A stretch of DNA of 48,709 nt from Candidatus Binatia bacterium (GTDB taxonomy: Bacteria; Desulfobacterota; Binatia; Bin18), in NCBI GenBank assembly GCA_025057295.1, contig JANWXO010000001.1:1-48709 (forward strand), written 5' to 3'. The notes beneath the pieces were generated by a model. The model was not told the DNA's origin. It ran no database searches and saw only the letters and a list, made by a program, of their open reading frames with translations. Positions 36,811 through 44,471 of the stretch are shown piece by piece (the stretch's first letter is position 1; each line of letters begins with the position of its first letter). The translations under genes and the position numbers were made by a program.

Positions 36811-38391
36811 GTGGACTCTGCCCCCCGAGAGGCGCTGGCCGCTGATGCCTTCGATGTCGCTCCGGTGGACGATACCGAGACGCCCCTCCCCCCATGGGCC
36901 GAGGAAGCGTTGACCCCGGAGCAGTTCTTCTCGCTGGCGACCGAGAGTCGACGACACTGGACGGGCGAACGGCGGTTGCTCCTCGCTGTCTTACAGAACG
37001 CCGTCGATGAATTGCTCCGCTATCGCGACGCGCGGACGACGCGGGGCAGGCGGCTCTTCCGCGAAACGCGGGACTGGTTTTGGTCGCGCGAACACACCTA
37101 TCTCTGCGCCTTTGAAACTATCTGTGCCTATCTCCACCTCGATGCCGACTACGTCCGTCAGGGGCTGGAGCGGCTGCTCGACTCGCGGGCTCCGTCTGCG
37201 TTGCCCGCTGCGGCTCGACCGGAGCGTCCGCTCTCCCCTCCCCCCTCTCTCAGCCCTCAGCCTGCTCCCCAGCGAGAGCAAACGCAGGATCATAGATCGC
37301 GCCAATCAAGGAATACGTACTCACAACCTTCTGCTCCGCAGCGAGAGCAAACGCAGGATCGGCAGAAAGAACGGCGTCAGAATCTGAGTCGTACCGGGGT
37401 TGTCTGCACGCGCGCGGTGGCTCATGTAGAAAGGAAGGGGAATACTGTCGTGGGACAACGAGGGGGGCAGGTGGGGGGGAAACTGTCGATCGGCGCTTTG
37501 TCGCGGGCGACCGGTATTCCGGTCGAGACCTTGCGCACCTGGGAACGACGCTACGGGTTTCCGACGCCCGAACGCAAACCCTCTGGTCATCGCGTCTATT
37601 CCCTTTCCAGTGTGCCCCGCCTGCGGCGGATTGCCGAGGCGCTCGCCCAGGGCCATCGCGCCGGTGAGGCGGTGACCGCCTCGGAGGCGGATTTGGAAGC
37701 ACTCCTGGCAATACCGCCTGCGGTTGCAACTTCTGCACCCACTGCGCTGCCCCGGAGGGATACAGAGGAGGTCGCCGACCTGTTCTCGCTCGTCGAAGCA
37801 TTCGACGCGCCTCGCTTGACCCGTGTGTTGGCTGATGAGTGGCGGCGCCTCGGCCCGCTCGAGTGTCTCTGCTCTCGTATCGTTCCCCTCGTGCGTGCGG
37901 TGGGAGAGGCGTGGGAGACAGCGCGACTGGAGATTCGGCACGAGCATTTTCTCTCCGAGCGCCTGAGCGACTTCCTGCGTGCCCGCCGGCTCGCATTCGA
38001 ACGGCGCGCGCATGGGCCGCTCGTCGTATGCGTGACTTTGCCAGGCGAGGCCCACAGCCTGGGGTTACAGATGGTGGCGCTCTTGCTCGCTCAGGCGGGG
38101 TGTCGGGTGCTCTATCTGGGCACCGAGGTCCCGGTGGGACAGATTGCCGGGGTCGCCAGAGATTTTCGCGCCCGTGCGGTTGCGGTCAGTATTTCCTCTG
38201 CCAACCAGGGAGGGGCGATGGTGGTGCAGGTCGAGCGGTTACGCGCACTCTTGCCGCGACGTGTCACCCTCTTGCTCGGGGGGGATGGCGCACCGGCACC
38301 ACGACCAGGGATGAAAGTCATACAGGATTTGCCTACACTTGCAGCGTGGGGGCGACAGCTCGTCGCCGCAACCAGCCAGGAGGAAACATGA
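36811..38391 (+). CDS. CarH/LitR-type MerR-family regulator with an AdoB12-binding light-sensor domain, read as a 526-aa protein with an uncharacterised ~210-aa N-terminal extension (alternative canonical-size start at GTG 37450)
   Basis: MerR HTH LSIGALSRATGIPVETLRTWERRYGFPTPERKPSGHRVYS. Wx9EH motif W-ETARLEIRH-EH at 37912..37947. ExHxxG motif EAHSLG at 38047..38064 inside a Rossmann-like B12 domain (VVCVTLPGEAHSLGLQMVALLLAQAGCRVLYLG). No in-frame stop between 36811 and 38391. The internal GTG 37450 has RBS AAGGAAGGGG 9 nt upstream. Confidence 0.8.
   Translation: MDSAPREALAADAFDVAPVDDTETPLPPWAEEALTPEQFFSLATESRRHWTGERRLLLAVLQNAVDELLRYRDARTTRGRRLFRETRDWFWSREHTYLCAFETICAYLHLDADYVRQGLERLLDSRAPSALPAAARPERPLSPPPSLSPQPAPQREQTQDHRSRQSRNTYSQPSAPQREQTQDRQKERRQNLSRTGVVCTRAVAHVERKGNTVVGQRGGQVGGKLSIGALSRATGIPVETLRTWERRYGFPTPERKPSGHRVYSLSSVPRLRRIAEALAQGHRAGEAVTASEADLEALLAIPPAVATSAPTALPRRDTEEVADLFSLVEAFDAPRLTRVLADEWRRLGPLECLCSRIVPLVRAVGEAWETARLEIRHEHFLSERLSDFLRARRLAFERRAHGPLVVCVTLPGEAHSLGLQMVALLLAQAGCRVLYLGTEVPVGQIAGVARDFRARAVAVSISSANQGGAMVVQVERLRALLPRRVTLLLGGDGAPAPRPGMKVIQDLPTLAAWGRQLVAATSQEET
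37262..37360 (+). repeat. Two copies of a 30-bp direct repeat (29/30 identical), 69 bp start-to-start, inside the regulator linker
   Basis: 37262..37291 ctgctccCcagcgagagcaaacgcaggatc and 37331..37360 ctgctccGcagcgagagcaaacgcaggatc. In frame, each encodes APQREQTQD. Confidence 0.85.
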
Positions 38392-38870
38392 AACGTCAGC
38401 GCTGGTATCTGTTGTTGTGCTGTGTGTTGTTCGGTTGTGCTCCTCCTCCTCAGACGCCGCAGGAGCAACTCGCTGCGCGCCATATTCCCTTTACGCCTGC
38501 CGCGTTCCTGAGAAGCGCGGAGACCGGGGATCTCATCGCGGTGAACCTGTTTCTTGCAGCCGGCATGGATCCCAACGTGCGGGATCGCTCCGGTGGCACC
38601 CCGCTGCGCTACGCCGCCGCCAAAGGACATCTCGACGTCGTTCGCGTCTTGCTCGACAAGGGGGCCGACGTCAACGCGCAGGACATCGATGGCTTTACTC
38701 CGCTGCGGTACGCTACCTACTATGGGCACACGGAAGTCGTCCGTGTCCTGCTCGACAAAGGGGCCGATCCCAACATCACGGATAAGTGGGGGTGGACGCC
38801 GGTGATGATCGCTCCCCACGGCAACCTCGATATCGTGCAGTTATTGCAAACCGCTGGCGCGCGGCGGTGA
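38388..38870 (+). CDS. Ankyrin-repeat lipoprotein
   Basis: Lipobox LFGC. Three to four ANK repeats (GGTPLRYAAAKGHLDVVRVLLDKGADVNAQD / GFTPLRYATYYGHTEVVRVLLDKGADPNITD). ATG 38388 overlaps the regulator stop (ATGA). Confidence 0.85.
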   Translation: MKRQRWYLLLCCVLFGCAPPPQTPQEQLAARHIPFTPAAFLRSAETGDLIAVNLFLAAGMDPNVRDRSGGTPLRYAAAKGHLDVVRVLLDKGADVNAQDIDGFTPLRYATYYGHTEVVRVLLDKGADPNITDKWGWTPVMIAPHGNLDIVQLLQTAGARR

Positions 38871-38975
38871 GCAGCGACGGCGATCCCTCTCGGAGCCGTA
38901 CTCGGTGGGGTGCTCTCCTGCGCGAGACAGGCCTCTCGAGGCGAGCCGCACCGCTCACTGCGCTAACCTCCTTGC

Positions 38976-40001
38976 TTACGGGAGCCGCTCGATGACCGCG
39001 TCGGCGAACGCCTCGGTACTCAAGTCTCCGCCGAGGTCGCGGGTTCTCTTGCCCTCTTGCAATGCGCGATTATAGGCTGCCTTGATGCGTTCGGCCGTCG
39101 CCCGACAGGCGGCGTCCTCGCGCGTATCGGCCAGATGGTTGAGCATCATGACGGCGGACATGAGCAGAGCGAGGGGGTTGGCGATGCCTTTGCCTGCCAG
39201 ATCAGGTGCAGACCCGTGCACCGCCTCGAAGACCGCCTGCTGATCCCCGAAGTTCGCACCGGGGACCACGCCGAGGCCGCCGACAAGACCGGCACAGAGA
39301 TCGCTCACGACATCCCCGTAGAGATTTTCCAATAACAGCACGTCGAACTGGGTTGGGTCCTGCACCAGTCTCATGCAGCCGGTGTCGATGATCATTTCCT
39401 GGTACTCGATGTTGGGATACTCGTGTTGGTGGATCTGCCTGGCGCAGCGCAGGAACAATCCGTCGGTCATCTTCATGATATTGGCCTTGTGGAAGACGGT
39501 GATCTTCCGCCTTTGCCGCCGGGTGGCGAAACGAAACGCCCAACGGGCGATGCGCAGACAGGCGCTTTTCGTCGCTACCTTCATGCTCATCACCACATCA
39601 TCGGTGACTTGATTCTCGACCCCGCTATACAGCCCTTCGGTGTTCTCGCGGACGATAATCAGGTCGACGTCGCTGAAGCGGCTGGGGACCCCTTCGAGAG
39701 TGCGCACGGGCCGAACCGCGGCATACAGATTGAGCCGCTTGCGTAGCTGCACGTTGACGGAGGTAAACCCTTCGCCGACAGGGGTGGTACACGGACCTTT
39801 CAACGCTACCTGATACCGTTCGATCGCTTCCAGCGTTTGCGGCGGCAGGACCTCGTCTCCGGCTGCTAAGGCCGCCAGTCCGGCTTGCTGCTCGATCCAC
39901 TCGACCGGCGCGTGCGCAGCCGCAAGGACGCGTCGGACCGCAGCGGTGACCTCGGGGCCGATCCCGTCGCCTGGAATGAGGACGATTTTATGCGTTGTCA
40001 T
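38976..40001 (-). CDS. NAD-dependent isocitrate dehydrogenase-type (isocitrate/isopropylmalate dehydrogenase family) protein
   Basis: KIVLIPGDGIGPEV, LKGPCTTPVGEGFTSVNVQLRKRLNLYAAVRP, IVRENTEGLYSG, NLYGDVVSDLCAGLVGGLG. Start trimmed to ATG 40001. 341 aa. Confidence 0.85.
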   Translation of the reverse strand: MTTHKIVLIPGDGIGPEVTAAVRRVLAAAHAPVEWIEQQAGLAALAAGDEVLPPQTLEAIERYQVALKGPCTTPVGEGFTSVNVQLRKRLNLYAAVRPVRTLEGVPSRFSDVDLIIVRENTEGLYSGVENQVTDDVVMSMKVATKSACLRIARWAFRFATRRQRRKITVFHKANIMKMTDGLFLRCARQIHQHEYPNIEYQEMIIDTGCMRLVQDPTQFDVLLLENLYGDVVSDLCAGLVGGLGVVPGANFGDQQAVFEAVHGSAPDLAGKGIANPLALLMSAVMMLNHLADTREDAACRATAERIKAAYNRALQEGKRTRDLGGDLSTEAFADAVIERLP

Positions 40002-40136
40002 ACCCTCGACACTTTCATGCAAAGTTCCCGTTTCTTTATTGTACTACCGATCCTCGCCGCATACAGCGAAAAGGCTGCTGGGGAGAGGAGCGCTGAGCCG
40101 ACGGTGGCTCGCGGGCAGTTGTGGCCACAGCAGAAG

Positions 40137-40931
40137 CTAGCGACCCCGACGAACGCGCGGGAACCAGGGCAAAAAGGCGTTGGTCGTGTCGATGTATTCG
40201 CGGTATTCTGGCCGGCGCTCTGTAATGGTCTGTTCCAACAGGGCCACGCCTGACACTTTCAATAACAGTGTGGTCATGAGCAGCGGACTGACAATAGTCC
40301 ATGCTCCGCCGGGGATGGAGAGGGCCAAGAAGAAGTATCCCCACCAGACCATGGCGTCGCCGAAGTAGTTCGGATGGCGGGTGTACGCCCACAATCCCCT
40401 GCACATGACCCGGCCACGATTGGCTGGGTCGGCCTGAAAACGTGCGAGCTGCCAGTCACCTACGCTCTCGAAGAAAAAGCCGATCCCCCAGCAGAGGAGG
40501 CCGATCCCGTCTGTCCACGTCCAGGCGCGTGGACCGACACTCATCTGCACGACAAAGAGGGGGGTAGCGATCAGCCAGATGAGCACCCCTTGTAACAGGA
40601 AGATGGTAAAGAGGCTCATCCACCAGAAACGCTCCCCGCGGTATGCCCGCATGGCCTGGTAACGTCGGTCTTCCCCTTGTCCCCAGTTGCGCCACAGCAG
40701 GTATGCCGCCAGTCGCACGCCCCAGAGCGTGACCAGGGTCAGGGACAAGAGATGACGGGGAGTGGTCTGCGGGCCCAGTGCGCGGTACAACCAGGCCAGG
40801 CCGACGAACCCGAGGCCCCAGAAGATGTCCACGATGCTGGCATCCCGTTTCAGCACGCTGATCAGCCATAGAACGCTCATGGCTCCCAAGATGACTGCCA
40901 AACCTACCCCGAGAGCGCCGATCATGTTCAT
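40137..40931 (-). CDS. DUF1295 family membrane protein (steroid 5-alpha-reductase / ICMT-like fold)
   Basis: RDASIVDIFWGLGF...WRNWGQGEDRRY...GLWAYTRHPNYFGDAMVWWG...LLLKVSGVALLE is typical of DUF1295. Start trimmed to ATG 40931. 264 aa. Confidence 0.8.
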   Translation of the reverse strand: MNMIGALGVGLAVILGAMSVLWLISVLKRDASIVDIFWGLGFVGLAWLYRALGPQTTPRHLLSLTLVTLWGVRLAAYLLWRNWGQGEDRRYQAMRAYRGERFWWMSLFTIFLLQGVLIWLIATPLFVVQMSVGPRAWTWTDGIGLLCWGIGFFFESVGDWQLARFQADPANRGRVMCRGLWAYTRHPNYFGDAMVWWGYFFLALSIPGGAWTIVSPLLMTTLLLKVSGVALLEQTITERRPEYREYIDTTNAFLPWFPRVRRGR

Positions 40932-41069
40932 TGCCCGCACACAAGCATAGCGGTGCTGTCGTGTCAATGTGCGCGAGAACAGCAGCGACGCGACGTGAGC
41001 CACCCTAGTAGCGGAGCAAGACAGGCGTGATAAGTATGCTCTTCCTGCGCGCGGGCAGGAGCAAGAGTA

Positions 41070-42464
41070 GTGAGCGGCATGAAGACGGAACGGTTTGTCT
41101 ATCGCACCCATATCCCTGCGCCCGCGCCCGAAGTCTTTGCATGGCATGTGCGTCCTGGTGCGTTTGAACGCTTAGCTCCCCCGTGGGCGCCGGTGGAGGT
41201 CGTCGAGCGCACCGGTGGGATCGAGCACGGCGCACGGGTCGTGTTACGGATCTCCCTCGGTCCGGTGTCGCGTCTTTGGGTTGCCGAACACCGCGATGTC
41301 GAGGCGGGACGTCAGTTCCGCGACGTACAACTCCAGGGACCGTTCGCGTATTGGGAGCACACCCACCGCGTCGAGCCCGACGGGCCGACTGCATGTTATC
41401 TGGAGGACGAGATTACCTATGCGCTCCCCTGTGGGATGGTGGGCCGTCTGATCGGCACAACCTTCGTGCACCGCCAACTCCAGCGGCTCTTTGCCTATCG
41501 ACACCAGGTGATCGCACACGATATCGTACAACACCGCACGCGTAGCGCGGAGGGTGCGATGCGGATCGTCGTGACAGGAGCGAGTGGGTTGATCGGCTCG
41601 GCCCTGGTGCCTTTTCTCACCACCGGGGGACACCAGGTGACACGCCTGGTGCGCTCGCAGCCCAGACCGGGTGCGGCGGAGGTGCAGTGGGATCCCCTGG
41701 CGGGCAGGCTGGAGGCCACCGCACTCGAAGGGGTCGATGCGGTCGTACACCTGGCGGGGGAGAATGTCGCGGCAGGCCGCTGGACGGCGGCACGCAAAGC
41801 TGCCATCCGTGACAGCCGCGTGCGCGGGACACAGGTGCTCTGTGACGCGCTGGCACGACTGTCGCGGCCACCGCGGGTGGTAGTCAGTGCCAGCGCCATC
41901 GGCTACTATGGGGACCGCGGTGACGAGCTCCTGCGCGAGGACAGCGCGCCGGGCGCAGGCTTTTTGGCTGAGGTGTGCCGTGCCTGGGAGGCAGCAACCC
42001 AACCCGCGGTACAGAAGGGCATTCGTGTCGTGCTCCTCCGCTTTGGTGTGGTGTTGAGTCCGGCAGGGGGAGCGTTAGCGAAAATGCTGCTCCCGTTCAA
42101 AATCGGCCTCGGCGGAGTGGTCGGCAGCGGAAAGCAGTACATGAGTTGGATTGGGATCGATGATGCCGTCGGGGCGATTCACCATGTCTTACACACCGAA
42201 GCGCTCCAGGGTCCGGTGAATGTCGTTGCGCCACATCCGGTGACCAACGCCGAATTTACCGCTACGTTGGCACGTGTGTTGCGGCGGCCCGCGCTCGTGC
42301 CGCTGCCGGCCGTGGCTGCTCGCCTGGTTTTTGGTGAGATGGCCGATGCCCTGCTGCTGGCGAGTGCGCGCGTCGAGCCCACACGGCTCCTCGCTACTGC
42401 CTACTCCTTCCGTCACGCGACCCTCGAAGATGCCCTGCGCCATGTGTTGGGGATGCCGTCCTAG
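41070..42464 (+). CDS. Fusion protein: SRPBCC (START/polyketide-cyclase-like) domain plus TIGR01777/SDR39U1-type NAD(P)-binding epimerase family domain
   Basis: The N-terminal ~150 aa (FVYRTHIPAPAPEVFAWHVRPGAFERLAPPW...GPFAYWEHTHR) are SRPBCC-like. Then IVVTGASGLIGSALVPFL...HLAGENVAAGRWT...YGDRGDE...LRFGVVL (YfcH-like with a DUF1731-type C-terminus). AGGAG RBS 8 nt before GTG 41070. Confidence 0.75.
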   Translation: MSGMKTERFVYRTHIPAPAPEVFAWHVRPGAFERLAPPWAPVEVVERTGGIEHGARVVLRISLGPVSRLWVAEHRDVEAGRQFRDVQLQGPFAYWEHTHRVEPDGPTACYLEDEITYALPCGMVGRLIGTTFVHRQLQRLFAYRHQVIAHDIVQHRTRSAEGAMRIVVTGASGLIGSALVPFLTTGGHQVTRLVRSQPRPGAAEVQWDPLAGRLEATALEGVDAVVHLAGENVAAGRWTAARKAAIRDSRVRGTQVLCDALARLSRPPRVVVSASAIGYYGDRGDELLREDSAPGAGFLAEVCRAWEAATQPAVQKGIRVVLLRFGVVLSPAGGALAKMLLPFKIGLGGVVGSGKQYMSWIGIDDAVGAIHHVLHTEALQGPVNVVAPHPVTNAEFTATLARVLRRPALVPLPAVAARLVFGEMADALLLASARVEPTRLLATAYSFRHATLEDALRHVLGMPS

Positions 42465-42600
42465 ACGGCTTGGCCACAGCGTGCTTGCCGGGAGAGGGGT
42501 AAACAGGGGTGGGGAGGAACGCCGATAACCGCCAATTGGGTGCGGGGGTGACACCCTGAGGAGCAGAGGGACGAACAGAGGAACAGGTCGCGGTTGCTGT

Positions 42601-43104
42601 ATGGGTACACGTTGGCTCAACTCTTTTTTCTTCTTTCTCGAGAATCTCAGCGTTGGGGTGTGGATCGGTGCGCTCGTCACCTTCGGCTTTGCCGTAGCGC
42701 GCCCGATCTTTCGTTCCTTGCCCAGTGTGACGACTGCAGGAGGGATCACGGCCGAGATTTTGCACCGCATCCAGATACTGGAGACCGCCGCGGCTGTGAT
42801 CCTTGCGGTCTCAGCCGCGGTGTTTCTCCTGCAGTCGGCACAGCGCACCCCGGTACGCTTGGCGAAAACGGCTCTGGCCGTTCTCATGATTCTCGTCTTT
42901 TATTACTATGGGGTGGTGTTGATGGAGCGGCTCGAGCATCTCCGCCTCGTCGAAATTCGTGACTTTGACCGTTTCGATGCTGCAACCGCAGCATTCCGTG
43001 ACGAGTTTGACCGCTTGCATCGGCTGTATACCCGCCTGGCGCAGGCCAACCTCTGGATGGGACTGGGCTTCCTCTTTCTCTCGGCATGGGAGCGCAAAGC
43101 CTGA
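42601..43104 (+). CDS. DUF4149 (TMEM205-like) membrane protein
   Basis: 167 aa, four predicted TM helices. N-terminal LENLSVGVWIGALVTFGFAVARPIF resembles DUF4149. Assigned by eye. Confidence 0.55.
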   Translation: MGTRWLNSFFFFLENLSVGVWIGALVTFGFAVARPIFRSLPSVTTAGGITAEILHRIQILETAAAVILAVSAAVFLLQSAQRTPVRLAKTALAVLMILVFYYYGVVLMERLEHLRLVEIRDFDRFDAATAAFRDEFDRLHRLYTRLAQANLWMGLGFLFLSAWERKA

Positions 43105-43122
43105 GAGAGAGGGAACACGGCG

Positions 43123-44370
43123 ATGGGCAACGCTCCTGACGTACTGATTGTCGGTGCAGGGCTGGCCGGGTTGTGCTGTGCCCGCAGGTTACAGGAGAGC
43201 GGGGTGTCTTTTCAGATCCTCGAAGCCTCTGAGACCATCGGTGGTCGCGTGCGGACAGATCATGTCGAGGGCTTCTTGCTCGATCAGGGGTTCCAGGTGT
43301 TGCTGACCGCCTACCCGGAGGCGCAGCGGGTGCTCGACTACGCCGCCCTTGCGCTGCGGCCCTTCTACCCGGGAGCGTTGGTGCGCTATGGCGGGGCTTT
43401 TCACCGCATTGCCGATCCCTGGCGTCGCCCGCGAGAGATGTTGCGGACTGCCTGCTCGCCCATCGGTACCCTGGGCGATAAGATCAAGGTTGCCCGTCTG
43501 CGACGGCGGTTGCTGGCGGGGACGCTCGCGGATCTGTTCCAGAGGCCGGAGACCTCGACTCTGGAGGCGCTCCAGGGTGCCGGGTTTTCTGCGGCCATCA
43601 TCGACCGCTTCTTTCGTCCCTTCTTTGGCGGCATTTTCCTCGAACGGGACTTGCGCACCTCGAGCCGCATGTTCGACTTCGTGTTCCGCATGCTGGCGTT
43701 GGGAGATACGGCGCTGCCAGCAGCAGGGATGCAGGCGATTGCTGCCCAGTTAGCAGCCTCGCTGCCGACCACGGCGATCCGCCGGCAGGCGCGGGTGAGC
43801 GCCGTGCGCGCACAGCGCGTCACGCTGGCGTCAGGAGAGGAGCTGCACGCGCGTGCGATCGTCGTGGCGACGGAGGGACCGGAGGCCGCACGGCTGCTGC
43901 CCGGAGTACCCACCCCGGGTTCGCGCAGTGTCACGTGTTTGTACTTCGCCGCCGCACAGCCACCGATCTCCGAGCCCATCTTGGTCCTCAACGGCGAGCC
44001 TACGGGGATCATAAACAATATGTGTGTCCCGAGCCTCGTTGCCCCTTCGTATGCTCCTCCTGGGGCCGCGCTGGTGTCGGTGACCGTCCTGGGGAATCCC
44101 TATCAAGACGACAGGACCCTGGAGCAGATCGTGCGCGCCCAGTTGGCGGAATGGTTTGGGGCTGCGGTCCACCAGTGGCGCCACCTGCGTACCTACCGTA
44201 TCCTGCATGCGCTGCCCGAACAGTCCCCGCCAGCGCTGACGCTGCGGGAACCCCAGCTTGACCCTGGACTCTTCCTCTGCGGTGATCACCGCGATACCGC
44301 TTCGATCAACGGCGCCATGGCCTCGGGGCGCCGTGCCGCGGAAGCAGTGCTGGCAGCACTCGGGCGGTAA
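43123..44370 (+). CDS. NAD(P)/FAD-dependent oxidoreductase (amine-oxidase-like), second copy in the island
   Basis: DVLIVGAGLAGLCCARRL...ILEASETIGGRVRT dinucleotide motif. C-terminal LFLCGDHRDTASINGAMASGRRAA FAD-binding motif. Starts 18 nt after the DUF4149 stop. Confidence 0.75.
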   Translation: MGNAPDVLIVGAGLAGLCCARRLQESGVSFQILEASETIGGRVRTDHVEGFLLDQGFQVLLTAYPEAQRVLDYAALALRPFYPGALVRYGGAFHRIADPWRRPREMLRTACSPIGTLGDKIKVARLRRRLLAGTLADLFQRPETSTLEALQGAGFSAAIIDRFFRPFFGGIFLERDLRTSSRMFDFVFRMLALGDTALPAAGMQAIAAQLAASLPTTAIRRQARVSAVRAQRVTLASGEELHARAIVVATEGPEAARLLPGVPTPGSRSVTCLYFAAAQPPISEPILVLNGEPTGIINNMCVPSLVAPSYAPPGAALVSVTVLGNPYQDDRTLEQIVRAQLAEWFGAAVHQWRHLRTYRILHALPEQSPPALTLREPQLDPGLFLCGDHRDTASINGAMASGRRAAEAVLAALGR

Positions 44371-44471
44371 GGCGCCGGACGAGCAAGGTGAAAGCTCGGT
44401 GCCAAGGGGTTGCTGTCTCCTGTCTACTGGTGAGGGATGAGATCCTCTGCAGGGGAGAGAGGCCCGCAGGA

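Noticed and set aside
37262-37360. Possible CRISPR or other repeat array suggested by the 30-bp direct repeats.
   Set aside because: There are only two copies, the spacing is in frame (69 bp), both lie inside an open reading frame, and no cas genes or further repeats are present. It is reported as a simple duplication instead.
38976-40001. The isocitrate-dehydrogenase-type gene considered as a functional member of the lipid-modification island.
   Set aside because: It is a central-metabolism family with no known link to the DUF1365/CFA-like module. Its position may be incidental, and only co-expression data could argue otherwise.
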